64,000 bases of DNA from Candidatus Liptonbacteria bacterium (GCA_016204335.1 JACQKU010000011.1:541-64540); one strand, 5' to 3'. Positions 9,515 to 20,333 are shown, numbered from the stretch's first letter. Made by a program: numbers and translations. The notes: generated by a model not told the origin, from the sequence alone.

Positions 9515-10260
9515 TCTCTCTTTTTCTTCCCTTTCCGCCAAGAAACTCCCCGAAGCAAAGACGCGTATAAATCGTCTTTTGGATTGATGGATAACTCTTT
9601 CACTTCGCTGGAAGACGGATTGCGCGTTTGAAAATGAACGAATGGAACGTCTTCGATAAGCGCGAGGGGGGTTTGCTCGTTCCCTTCTCCAATTGCGAGA
9701 ACCGCCGCGGCGGCAAGCCCTTCGCTTACATTCGCTTTCGTCATTTTTAATTTTCTGCGGAATATGTCCGGCTTGCCGATATAATCGTTCAATGCCGAGA
9801 ATCCGCTATGGGCAAGTACGGTGCCGGTGGTACCCCACCGGAGCGGAGAAGTTCTGCTGTCGGTTATAATCACGCCGATATTTTTCTTCTTAAACCTCTT
9901 TGTCAGATAAACGCGGATTTCGTTCGCCGTTCGCCGTGAATCGCGCGGCCAGAGAATGTACGAGCCGTTGCCGTTCGATTCATCGACTCCAGCCGAAGGA
10001 ATCAGCATATTGTTCTTGATTGTCAGGATAACATTATATTTATTTTGCTTGAGCGGCAAAAAATAATCGGCCTCTTCCTCGATTAATTTCGTCTTATCAA
10101 CCGAATCAACCGGCGCTATCCTGCCCTCGCAGATAGAAACGATTTTTGAAGTCACTGCGAGAATTGACCGCTCAGGAATTTTTTTTACATAGCGGTCCAA
10201 AATATCGCACAGCTTCCGCCCTGGAACAATTTTATCGGTTTTGATTGGAGTTATTTTCAT
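9511..10260 (-). CDS. CofE-like gamma-glutamyl ligase (F420-0:gamma-glutamyl ligase family, PF01996)
   Basis: KIVSICEGRI, GVDESNGNGSYILWP, GVIITDSR...LAIGEG segments align with CofE family conserved blocks (from memory of A. fulgidus CofE). Confidence 0.7.
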   Translation of the reverse strand: MKITPIKTDKIVPGRKLCDILDRYVKKIPERSILAVTSKIVSICEGRIAPVDSVDKTKLIEEEADYFLPLKQNKYNVILTIKNNMLIPSAGVDESNGNGSYILWPRDSRRTANEIRVYLTKRFKKKNIGVIITDSRTSPLRWGTTGTVLAHSGFSALNDYIGKPDIFRRKLKMTKANVSEGLAAAAVLAIGEGNEQTPLALIEDVPFVHFQTRNPSSSEVKELSINPKDDLYASLLRGVSWRKGKKKRD

Positions 10261-10276
10261 AATTTTGCTTTACCAA

Positions 10277-10310
10277 AACATTCTAACATTCTGCAGAATG
10301 TTAGAATGTT
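10277..10310. repeat. 34-bp perfect palindrome AACATTCTAACATTCTG|CAGAATGTTAGAATGTT (intergenic copy of the HSNILQNVRM palindromic element)
   Basis: Self-complementary; same core as in-frame copies in purB (26790-26821) and purL (31818-31849); central CTGCAG. Confidence 0.9.
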
Positions 10311-10316
10311 ATATTT

Positions 10317-10847
10317 TCACTGAATTACATCGTAGCGCGACAAAAGTGTCCCCTGGCGATTGAGGCGGCGAACCGAAATAAGTTTTAAATTTTTAATCAT
10401 CTTGACGGGATGGACGATATTTTTTCCCGTACCGAAAATTTTCGGCTCCACTGTAAGACAGATATGTTGAATCAAGTTCGCTTTCAGAAATAAAGCGTTT
10501 ATTTCCCCTCCCCCCGCGACCAAAACTCTTTTATACTTTTGTCTTGAAAGGCGGCGGATAATCGCGCGTGGAGAATCGTTTGAAAATTCGAGCTGGCCGG
10601 GAATTTCGTATTTCCGATATTTTTGAGGATTGCGTGTCAAAATAATACGCAACCTTTCCGGAGAAAGCTTCATATACTTTTTCGCTGTCGCGTATGTTTG
10701 ACTGCCCATCACAATCGCGTCGCTTTCTTGAATAAGCCGCGCGAAATATTTTTTGTCGGCGACGGACGCCCATTCGGATGTACCCGACCGTGAACCGCGA
10801 GTAATCTTTCCGTCCACCGAAACGACTGCCGCGAGAATGGTCCTCAT
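10317..10847 (-). CDS. Dihydrofolate reductase-like / RibD C-terminal domain reductase
   Basis: 176 aa; ILAAVVSVDGKI...VMGSQTY...LVAGGGEINALFL pattern of RibD_C/DHFR family. Confidence 0.7.
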   Translation of the reverse strand: MRTILAAVVSVDGKITRGSRSGTSEWASVADKKYFARLIQESDAIVMGSQTYATAKKYMKLSPERLRIILTRNPQKYRKYEIPGQLEFSNDSPRAIIRRLSRQKYKRVLVAGGGEINALFLKANLIQHICLTVEPKIFGTGKNIVHPVKMIKNLKLISVRRLNRQGTLLSRYDVIQ

Positions 10848-11518
10848 ACCTCGGAGTTTTTAAGCCATTTGACTCCCCAGTAGACGAACGGCGTTTCTAT
10901 TACCGACATAAAGCACTTAAGAAACCAATAAGGCAAAATCAAACCGGCGAGAAATATGGCATTATCGGCGAGCGGCTTGTCCAAAATATAAAAAGCGAGA
11001 GTCATAAAAATAATCGTGTCGAAAAATTGCGCGACGAAGTTGGAAACGTTATTCCGGAACCAAAGCGCACGGCTTCCGAGCTTTTCCCGAATCCATGCAA
11101 AAACAAAAACATCCGTGAACTCGGCAATTGCGAACGCAACCAAACTGGAAAGAGCGATTCTCGCCGATTTGCCGAAGATAGTGTCATACGCTCCTTCCGC
11201 GCCCGCGAAACGTCCCGATGGCGGCAACGATATAAAAATAAGAGAAGCAAGAAACAACAGAAAGATGACGAAAAGCCCCGAACGGATTACGCTTCGGGCG
11301 CGTTCCTTGCCGTGCACCTCCACAATCACATCGTTAATGGTAAAAAGAATCGGAATGACGAAAATCGCCACGCTCGCGTTCAATGTAAAACCGCCGATGG
11401 TGAACAAGGGAAATGTTTTTGCTCCCATCAGTTCGGCTACGGAAATGCAAAAAATATAAACGGAGACCAACAGGTCAAAACGGTTTACTTTTAAAAAACT
11501 CTGGTTCATTGTTCGCAT
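10844..11518 (-). CDS. yhhQ: Queuosine precursor transporter (YhhQ/DUF165, VUT family)
   Basis: 6-TM protein with FPLFTIGGFTLNASVAIFVIPILFTINDVI and PYWFLK motifs; start chosen at MRTMNQ (ATG 11518) to avoid long overlap with purA. Confidence 0.65.
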   Translation of the reverse strand: MRTMNQSFLKVNRFDLLVSVYIFCISVAELMGAKTFPLFTIGGFTLNASVAIFVIPILFTINDVIVEVHGKERARSVIRSGLFVIFLLFLASLIFISLPPSGRFAGAEGAYDTIFGKSARIALSSLVAFAIAEFTDVFVFAWIREKLGSRALWFRNNVSNFVAQFFDTIIFMTLAFYILDKPLADNAIFLAGLILPYWFLKCFMSVIETPFVYWGVKWLKNSEV

Positions 11519-12816
11519 TCTATCAGGTCGCTCCGCTTTTCGCCGATTCCGAGAAAACGCATCTCCGCGCCGGTAAACGCTTTCATAATAGCATTGCAAT
11601 ATTGTCGCGCGCTTTCCGGCAAATCATCGAAATTTTTTGCGGAAGAAATGTTTTCATTCCAACCGTCAAATTCTCCGCCATACACGGGCTCGCACTGGAT
11701 TAAAAACTCGTCGTCTGTCTGAAAACGCTCGACAGCTTGGCCTTTGCATTTATATCCGGAACAAATTTTTATATTGCCGGCGCCGGATAACGTATCAAGT
11801 TTGGTTATGGCGATATCGGTGAAGCCGTTGATTTCGTGGGCGTATTGCGCGGCAACCGAGTCGAAAAATCCGACACGCCGGGGCCTGCCGGTGGTCGTGC
11901 CGTATTCGTGTCCGCGCTCGCGGATTAAATCGCCCTGCTCGTTTTTCAGTTCAGTCGGCATGCCTCCCTCTCCTACGCGGGTTTGGTACGCCTTGAACAC
12001 TCCGACGACGCGCGTCAGACGAAGCGGCGGCATTCCCGCGCCGACAAGCAATCCGCCGACAGTCGAATTGGAAGCCGTAACTTTCGGATATGTGCCGTGG
12101 TCAAGATCGAGAAGCGCGCCGTGCGCGCCTTCTATCACGAACTTTGCTCCTCGCCCCAGATGCTCGTGAACAATCGGTTCGGTATCAACAATTATTTTGC
12201 CAAATTTTTCCGCGGCTTCGCGGATAAGGCCTTCGTAATATTCCGCTTTGAATTCATCCGGAATCGCGCTTCCGGAAAAAATCTTTGCTTTTTTTGACAG
12301 CACCGAGCGGAGTTCCTGCAAACATTTGTCCGGATTCCGGAGCATCCGCGCCTGCAGTCCTATTCGCTCCGCTTTGTCCATATAGGTCGGGCCTATGCCG
12401 CGCTTCGTGGTCCCAATCTTTTTTTCGCCGCGTCCGTCTTCCTGCGCGCGGTCGAGAAATAAATGATAGTCGAACGCCAAATGCGCTTTCGGGCTAATGC
12501 GAAGATTTTGCGCGCTCACGCCGCGGGCTTCCAGTTCCGCGATTTCTTTCAAGAGCGTTTTCGGATTCAGCGCCACGCCGGCTCCGATTATATTTACGGT
12601 TTTCGGATTAAAAATTCCGGCGGGAACCAGATGCAAAGCGAATTTTCCGAGGTCATTCGAAACCGTATGGCCGGCGTTATCGCCGCCCTGCGAACGTATT
12701 ACGACGTCCGCGTCCGCGGACAAATAGTCAACGATTTTGCCTTTGCCCTCGTCGCCCCACTGGCCTCCAACGACCGCGATGACTTCTGATTCTTTTCGAG
12801 CACTTGTTCTAAACAT
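11506..12816 (-). CDS. purA: Adenylosuccinate synthetase
   Basis: GGQWGDEGKGKIVD P-loop, GIGPTYMDK, TTGRPRR motifs; 436 aa. Confidence 0.9.
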   Translation of the reverse strand: MFRTSARKESEVIAVVGGQWGDEGKGKIVDYLSADADVVIRSQGGDNAGHTVSNDLGKFALHLVPAGIFNPKTVNIIGAGVALNPKTLLKEIAELEARGVSAQNLRISPKAHLAFDYHLFLDRAQEDGRGEKKIGTTKRGIGPTYMDKAERIGLQARMLRNPDKCLQELRSVLSKKAKIFSGSAIPDEFKAEYYEGLIREAAEKFGKIIVDTEPIVHEHLGRGAKFVIEGAHGALLDLDHGTYPKVTASNSTVGGLLVGAGMPPLRLTRVVGVFKAYQTRVGEGGMPTELKNEQGDLIRERGHEYGTTTGRPRRVGFFDSVAAQYAHEINGFTDIAITKLDTLSGAGNIKICSGYKCKGQAVERFQTDDEFLIQCEPVYGGEFDGWNENISSAKNFDDLPESARQYCNAIMKAFTGAEMRFLGIGEKRSDLIECEQ

Positions 12817-12847
12817 GTCGCATTTGACGGAAAAACTTTGAACAAAA

Positions 12848-14311
12848 CTACCTCCAGTAATTCGGCGATTGCTCGGTTATGTCTATGTCGTGCGGATGGC
12901 TCTCCGCGATTCCGGCCTGCGTCACCTGCGTGAATTTTCCATTCGTCTGCAAATCCTTTATGGTCGGCGTTCCGCAATAGCCCATCGCCGCGCGAAGGCC
13001 TCCCGTTATCTGATAGACAATCTCGCGGACATATCCCCTGTACGGCACGCGGCCCTCGATGCCTTCCGGCACGAGCTTCGCCAGATTTTCTTCCGCGTCC
13101 TGAAAATACCTGTCGCGCGTGCCTTCGGCCATTGCGCCGAGCGAGCCCATGCCGCGGTATATTTTATATTTCCTGCCGTTGTAAATAATCGTTTTGCCCG
13201 GCGATTCTTCGAGTCCGGCGAGCATATTCCCGAGCATCACGGTTGACGCGCCGCCCGCAATCGCTTTCGCGACATCGCCCGTAAAACGAATTCCTCCGTC
13301 AGCGATAAGCGGAACGTCATATTTCATGCATATCTCGGCGCAATTCATTACGGCGGAAAGCTGGGGCACGCCGACGCCCGCGATAATGCGCGTCGTGCAA
13401 ATCGAGCCGGGACCCACGCCGACTTTCACCGCGTCAACGCCGGCTTTGATTGACGCTTCGGCGGCTTCCGGAGTCGCGACATTGCCGCTTATAATCTGCA
13501 GCTTCGGCCATGCCTGCCGGATTTCCCGAATTCGGTCCAGAACTTTTTTCGCGTGGCCGTGGGCGGTATCCACCGTTATCACATCAACGCCGGCTTTAAT
13601 AAGCTTTTCAACACGCTCAAGAGTATCGGTCGCCACGCCAACCGCCGCTCCAACGCGCAACCGGCCCTTCTCGTCTTTCGACGCCCCCGGAAAACTTTTT
13701 CTTTTTTCAATATCTTTGAACGTAATTAGTCCTTTCAGCATAAAATCGCCGTCCACTATCAAAAGCTTTTCGATTTTATGCGTATGCAGAATTTTTTGCG
13801 CTTCATCGAGGCCGATTCCAACCGGCGCCGTCACGAGTTTTTTTGTCATTATTTCTTCAAGACGCTTCGAGCCCTCGGTTTGGAACCGGAGGTCGCGATT
13901 CGTGACAATGCCGGCGAGCTTGCCGCTTCCATCCGTTATCGGAATACCGCTCACGCGGTATTTCCGCATCAGCGCTTGGGCGTCTTTCACTGTCTGCTCC
14001 GGACGAAGCGTGAAGGGCTCGGAAATTATTCCCGACTCGGAACGCTTGACCTGCTCCACCATTTCAACCTGCCGCTCGATTGAAAGATTTTTATGGAGAA
14101 TGCCAATGCCGCCCTCGCGCGCCAAAGCCATCGCCATTTCGGTTTCCGTGATGGTATCCATAGCCGCGCTGACGAGCGGAGTATTGAGTTCGACTTCGCG
14201 CGTCAGCCGCGTGCGAAGGTCAACCTCCCGCGGCAGTATTTCCGAATATCCCGGGATAAGGAGAACATCGTCGTACGCGAGCCCCTGCCCGGCTACTTTT
14301 TGGTTTGACAT
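12848..14311 (-). CDS. guaB: IMP dehydrogenase with CBS pair
   Basis: 487 aa; YDDVLLIPGYS, CBS domains, active-site GIGPGSICTTR loop, GGLRAAMGYCG. Confidence 0.9.
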   Translation of the reverse strand: MSNQKVAGQGLAYDDVLLIPGYSEILPREVDLRTRLTREVELNTPLVSAAMDTITETEMAMALAREGGIGILHKNLSIERQVEMVEQVKRSESGIISEPFTLRPEQTVKDAQALMRKYRVSGIPITDGSGKLAGIVTNRDLRFQTEGSKRLEEIMTKKLVTAPVGIGLDEAQKILHTHKIEKLLIVDGDFMLKGLITFKDIEKRKSFPGASKDEKGRLRVGAAVGVATDTLERVEKLIKAGVDVITVDTAHGHAKKVLDRIREIRQAWPKLQIISGNVATPEAAEASIKAGVDAVKVGVGPGSICTTRIIAGVGVPQLSAVMNCAEICMKYDVPLIADGGIRFTGDVAKAIAGGASTVMLGNMLAGLEESPGKTIIYNGRKYKIYRGMGSLGAMAEGTRDRYFQDAEENLAKLVPEGIEGRVPYRGYVREIVYQITGGLRAAMGYCGTPTIKDLQTNGKFTQVTQAGIAESHPHDIDITEQSPNYWR

Positions 14312-14379
14312 AAGATTACTTTAACATAAAGCTGTTCGGCGGCAAAATCAAATAAATAATTGTGTGGTAAAATTTCTGC

Positions 14380-16161
14380 ATGAAGCCGGAAATACGGAGT
14401 TGTGAAAACTGTGATAGCCAGTTCACTATTGAGTCCGACGATTTTGCTTTTTATGAAAAAATCGACGTGCCGCCGCCGACATGGTGTCCCGAGTGCCGCA
14501 ACATAAGGAGAATGGCGTGGCGGGAGGAACGTTCGCTGTACCGCGGCACGTGCAAGCTCTGCAAAAAATCAATCATCAGCATACATTCGCCGGACGGCCC
14601 ATTTACCGTTTACTGCCGCGAATGCTGGAAATCCGACAAATGGGACCCGATGGATTACGGCCGGGACTACGATTTCAATCAACCGTTTTTTTCTCAATAC
14701 CGAAAACTTATGGAAGCCGTCCCCCGTCCCGCGCTCACCGGCATTAATGTAATAAACAGCGATTTTTCGCACGGATGCGAAAGCTGTAAAAACTGTTACT
14801 TCACCTTCTACAGCTGGCATTCTCAAGATTCGCAGTACTGCTATGGCCTCCTTCTCTCGCGAGACACCTACGATTCTTACGCTGTCGACAATTCGGACCA
14901 TGCTTACGAGTCGCTCCATTCCAATCGTCTCTATAAGGTTCGCTTCGGATACTTCGCAGATGATTGTCTTGACTCTTCTTTTCTTTTTGACTGCGTCGGC
15001 TGTTCGGATTGTTTCGGATGCGTAAATCTCCGAAAACAGAAATACTGCATGTTCAACGAGAAACTTTCAAAAGACGAGTACAGAGAGCAGATGGCATACT
15101 GGGATTTGGGAAGCTACGCGCGCCTGCAGGAAGCGAAAGAAAAGTTCCGTTCTATCTATCTTTCGACTCCACGCCGATTTGCCCATATACGAAATAGCCA
15201 GAACGTAACCGGCGATATTATCAGAGACGCAAAAAACTGCCAAACGTGTTTTACGGCTCTTGACGGCGTTCAGAACTGCAAATATGTATACACCGGCGGC
15301 TTGAATCTCAAGGATAGCTATGACGTGAGTGCCGGCGGAGACATGTCTGAACTGCTCTATGAAATTTACGGAGTCACGCAGTCCCAGCGATGCCTTTTTT
15401 CAGTGGGGGGAACCAATTCAATAGATACGCTCTATTGCGACTGGGCATATAACTCATCGAATCTTTTCGGATGTACGTCGTTGAAACATAAACGGTACTG
15501 TATCCTCAATAAACAATATAGCCGAGATGAATACGAAAAGCTTGTCGCCAAAATAAGACGGCATATGAACGAAATGCCTTATGTTGACCAAAAAGGACGA
15601 GAATACAAATTCGGTGAATTCTTTCCCGTGGAACTTTCCGCGTATGCCTATAACGAGACATTTTCATTCATATGGTATCCGAAAACAAAAGAAGAAACGC
15701 TCAAAGAAGGATGGAAATGGCAAGACCCCCAAGAACGTTCGTATCAGGTCACGGCGCGACCCGAAGATTTGCCTGACCATATCCGCGATGTTGCCGATTC
15801 CATTTTGAAAGAAACGGTTGGGTGTATGCATTTTGGGAAATGCAATGAACAATGCGCGACGGCTTTTCGCTTGACGACGGAAGAACTCGCTTTTTATCGC
15901 AAAATGAATATCGCTTTGCCTCGCCTGTGTCCAAACTGCCGATACGCCGAACTAAGGCGGTGGCGAAACAGCTTTCATTTGTGGAAAAGAAAATGCATGT
16001 GCTTGTCCTCTGAAGCTTTGGCGAAGGAGGATGCATACAAAAACACAATCTCGCATTTTCACGCCACCGATCCCTGCCCAAATGAATTCGAAACCACTTA
16101 TTCGCACGATAAGCCGGAAATCGTATACTGCGACCAATGCTATAAAGCTGAATTCTTATGA
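14380..16161 (+). CDS. Multi-zinc-ribbon Cys-rich protein of unknown function (homologous N- and C-terminal ribbon modules)
   Basis: 593 aa with at least 6 CxxC...CxxC units; N-term DFAFYEKIDVPPPTWCPECR mirrors C-term ELAFYRKMNIALPRLCPNCR; internal C-x2-C-x2-C repeats. Confidence 0.6.
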   Translation: MKPEIRSCENCDSQFTIESDDFAFYEKIDVPPPTWCPECRNIRRMAWREERSLYRGTCKLCKKSIISIHSPDGPFTVYCRECWKSDKWDPMDYGRDYDFNQPFFSQYRKLMEAVPRPALTGINVINSDFSHGCESCKNCYFTFYSWHSQDSQYCYGLLLSRDTYDSYAVDNSDHAYESLHSNRLYKVRFGYFADDCLDSSFLFDCVGCSDCFGCVNLRKQKYCMFNEKLSKDEYREQMAYWDLGSYARLQEAKEKFRSIYLSTPRRFAHIRNSQNVTGDIIRDAKNCQTCFTALDGVQNCKYVYTGGLNLKDSYDVSAGGDMSELLYEIYGVTQSQRCLFSVGGTNSIDTLYCDWAYNSSNLFGCTSLKHKRYCILNKQYSRDEYEKLVAKIRRHMNEMPYVDQKGREYKFGEFFPVELSAYAYNETFSFIWYPKTKEETLKEGWKWQDPQERSYQVTARPEDLPDHIRDVADSILKETVGCMHFGKCNEQCATAFRLTTEELAFYRKMNIALPRLCPNCRYAELRRWRNSFHLWKRKCMCLSSEALAKEDAYKNTISHFHATDPCPNEFETTYSHDKPEIVYCDQCYKAEFL

Positions 16162-16407
16162 ATCCTCACACCTATCAAAGATCATATCTACGATTATTTA
16201 TGAATGAGCATTTACAGCACAATTGTAAAATGGTCGCTCAATATAACGCAGGATTCGTATCTCTTTAAGACGCAAATCTTTGATAGGTGTAAGGATGAAA
16301 TTTTTCTGGCGTTTGAAAAAATACCGGTATATCCTTCAACTGCTCTGGCAATCAGCGCGGTTTCGGGTCAGAATATTTATTCATAACGTAATAAATAAAA
16401 ACTGAAT

Positions 16408-16854
16408 ATGAGTAAGCCCAAAGTAAAAACCATAACGATTTGCAGCAGCGCTTCGTTTTTCAAGCAAGCCGTCGAAATGGAAGCGAAGCTGAAAAAATTG
16501 GGATTCAAAGTGGAATTGCCGCCTACCGCCTTGAAAATGAAACGGAGCAATGATTTTAATGTGCTACATTACAAAACATGGTTTAAAAATCCGGACGACT
16601 ATAAGAAAAAAGGTTTTCTGCTTAGAGAGCACTTCAATAAAGTCATACGAAGCGACGTAGTGCTAATTTTAAATTATGAAAAACATGGGATTAAAGGATA
16701 TATTGGCGGGAATACTCTTATTGAAATGGGATTTGCATTTCACTACAAAAAACCCATTTACATCTTGAATCGGATATCGGGATTGCCTTACAAAGAAGAA
16801 ATACTGGGTTTCCAGCCAATCTTCATCAATGGAGATATCAAGAAAATAGTTTAG
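16408..16854 (+). CDS. Nucleoside 2-deoxyribosyltransferase-like / DNPH1(Rcl)-like protein, low-GC gene
   Basis: 148 aa; ITICSSASFF N-terminal nucleotide-binding strand and GGNTLIEMGFAFHYKKPIY with conserved Glu typical of NDT/Rcl fold; gene about 38% GC versus about 50% surroundings. Confidence 0.45.
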   Translation: MSKPKVKTITICSSASFFKQAVEMEAKLKKLGFKVELPPTALKMKRSNDFNVLHYKTWFKNPDDYKKKGFLLREHFNKVIRSDVVLILNYEKHGIKGYIGGNTLIEMGFAFHYKKPIYILNRISGLPYKEEILGFQPIFINGDIKKIV

Positions 16855-16871
16855 GATTAAAATTTACTTGC

Positions 16872-18494
16872 ATGAAAAAAATGAAAACAGCGCTCATATC
16901 GGTTTACCATAAAGACGGCATCGCCGAGTTTGCGAAAGAACTTGTCGGGCTCGGGTTTACGATTTACGCGTCAGGCGGAACCGCTAAACATCTCGCGGCG
17001 GCCGGCGTTGAAGTTACTGACGTGGCAATGTTGGTCGGCGGCGGCGCGATTCTCGGCCATCGCGTAGTCACGCTTTCGCGCGAAATCCACGCGGGGCTTC
17101 TGTCGCGGAACGTTCAGGAAGACATCGACGAACTCGCGCGGCTCGGCATCCCCCGCTTTGACCTCGTCTGCGTTGACTTGTATCCGCTCGAAGAAGAAAT
17201 CGCGAAACCGGACGGCACAAGAGAATCGGTAATCGAAAAAACCGACATCGGCGGTCCGACCTTGATTCGTTCCGCGGTAAAAGGCGGACGGCTCGTGATT
17301 TGCGAACCGGATGACCGGCAAAAAGCAATCGACTGGCTCAAGGCCGGCGAACCGGAAATAGCGACAAGGGACATGCGACAAGGAATAAGCGAATCAAAAG
17401 GTTTTATGGAAAAGCAAGCCGCCAAGGGAGAATTTATTGTCGCGAAATATGTTTCTGCTTCTGCCGAATATTTAAGCAATGGAAAATATGCCGACATGTT
17501 AGGACAAGAAATCGCCGCGTGCAAATACGGCGAAAACGCGGCGCAGACACCAGCGGCTCTTTTTTCCTCCGGCGCAAACGACCCTCTCGCGCTCGACAAA
17601 TTCAAACTAATCGAAGGAATCGCGCCGAGCTACAACAACTGGTGCGACATTGACCGGATGCTTCAGACAATCACGCACATCGCCGCCGCGCATTCAAAAA
17701 ATCGAAACTCGATTCCGTTCATCGCAGTCGGCGTAAAACACGGCAACGCGTGCGGCGCCGCCGTCGGCGATTCAAAATCCGAAGCGCTCAAAAAAATGAT
17801 GGCCGGCGACCCGCTCGCCATATTCGGCGGACTGATTATGACGAATTTTCCCGTTAACGAAAGCGTGACGGAACATCTCGCCGGAAAACTGCTCGATGCC
17901 GTCATCGCTCCGGGTTTTTCCCCGGAAGCGATTGCCGCGTTAAAACGGAAAGGCGGCAAATGCCGGCTCATCGCGAATGAAGCTTTGCAATCGCTTGACG
18001 AAAAATGTTTGGATAACGCTGTCCGTTTCCGGTATGTCCGCGGCGGATTCCTGCGCCAGCCGAATTATACGTTCGTTCTTGATTTGAAAAGCGAGGAACT
18101 CAAAAAATATGGGGCAATCTCGCCGGAACTGGAAAATGATTTGCTTCTCGCGTGGGCAATCGGAGCCACGAGCAACAGCAACACCATTGCCATCGTGAAA
18201 AACGGCCAACTTCTCGGCAACGGCGTTGGCCAGCAGGACCGCGTCGGCGCTGCGAAACTAGCGATCGAGCGGGCGCGCCGTTCAGAACACGACATAAAGG
18301 GAGCGGTTGCGTACAGCGATTCGTTCTTTCCTTTTCCCGACGGCCCGAAAATTCTTATCGATGCCGGAGTAAAAGCGATTCTCGCGACAAGCGGCTCAAT
18401 CAGGGACAAAGAAATAATTTCTTTATGCCAAGAACTGAACGTAGCGCTCTATATGATACCTGACGCCGTCGGCCGCGGATTTTTCGGGCATTGA
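16872..18494 (+). CDS. purH: Bifunctional AICAR transformylase / IMP cyclohydrolase
   Basis: 540 aa; N-terminal MGS-like IMPCH domain (ALISVYHKDGI...YASGGTAKHL) and C-terminal AICARFT domain. Confidence 0.9.
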   Translation: MKKMKTALISVYHKDGIAEFAKELVGLGFTIYASGGTAKHLAAAGVEVTDVAMLVGGGAILGHRVVTLSREIHAGLLSRNVQEDIDELARLGIPRFDLVCVDLYPLEEEIAKPDGTRESVIEKTDIGGPTLIRSAVKGGRLVICEPDDRQKAIDWLKAGEPEIATRDMRQGISESKGFMEKQAAKGEFIVAKYVSASAEYLSNGKYADMLGQEIAACKYGENAAQTPAALFSSGANDPLALDKFKLIEGIAPSYNNWCDIDRMLQTITHIAAAHSKNRNSIPFIAVGVKHGNACGAAVGDSKSEALKKMMAGDPLAIFGGLIMTNFPVNESVTEHLAGKLLDAVIAPGFSPEAIAALKRKGGKCRLIANEALQSLDEKCLDNAVRFRYVRGGFLRQPNYTFVLDLKSEELKKYGAISPELENDLLLAWAIGATSNSNTIAIVKNGQLLGNGVGQQDRVGAAKLAIERARRSEHDIKGAVAYSDSFFPFPDGPKILIDAGVKAILATSGSIRDKEIISLCQELNVALYMIPDAVGRGFFGH

Positions 18495-18552
18495 AAATCT
18501 TAGCGAGCTTCGAGCTCTTGATTTTTCTGCAAAGAGTATTACAATATCCGAT

Positions 18553-18780
18553 ATGCCACCTGAAAACATTGAACCGCCTGCCGGATTAAGCGGCACGGAA
18601 ACTCCGAAAGGACGGAGAATTTGCGCATGGTGCAAAAAAGATTTAGGGCCCGCGGAAACGGAAGAAGATACGCACGGCATGTGCGACGAATGCAAAACAA
18701 AAGCTTTCGCGCAGTTGGCAGAACTTAAAGCAGAAAAGGAAGAAGCGCCGGCAAAAAATCCTCCTGCGGAAAAAGAATGA
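18553..18780 (+). CDS. Small zinc-ribbon protein, Lys/Glu-rich tail
   Basis: 75 aa; CAWC...CDEC four-Cys ribbon; ATG start. Confidence 0.45.
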   Translation: MPPENIEPPAGLSGTETPKGRRICAWCKKDLGPAETEEDTHGMCDECKTKAFAQLAELKAEKEEAPAKNPPAEKE

Positions 18781-18828
18781 GTGGTTTGAAAATTTTAACT
18801 GATTCCAACACAGAAACTTTTGGGTTTT

Positions 18829-18988
18829 GAGAAACCCAAACTAATCCTCCCAACGCGGAAACTTTCTATTTGAGAGGGGCTATCGGAGCCCCGACGGGCT
18901 TGGTGTCGCCTCAGACGACCCGTCGGGGCGAGATGCAGGCGCATTTTGCCGCTGGAGCAAAATGACGCCGACCCTCTCAAATAGAAAG
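18829..18988. other. Cluster of nested stem-loops between convergent genes (possible structured RNA or bidirectional terminator complex)
   Basis: Hairpin TTTGGGTTT-tgag-AAACCCAAA (18829-18850); 17-bp stem CTTTCTATTTGAGAGGG (18862-18878) pairing with CCCTCTCAAATAGAAAG (18972-18988) enclosing inner stems CCCCGACGGG/CCCGTCGGGG and CATTTTGC/GCAAAATG. Confidence 0.4.
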
Positions 18989-18997
18989 CTGAAGCCC

Positions 18998-20305
<1,308 letters not shown>

Positions 20306-20333
20306 TTAGTTAGTTGTGTAAGTTATACGCGCA

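Noticed and set aside
13194-14324. Long ORFs antisense to guaB, purL (32713..33903), the giant adhesin (52809..53519) and others
   Set aside because: Low-complexity Ala/Ser/Pro/Arg-rich translations typical of antisense frames of GC-moderate genes; the overlapping sense genes have clear homology.
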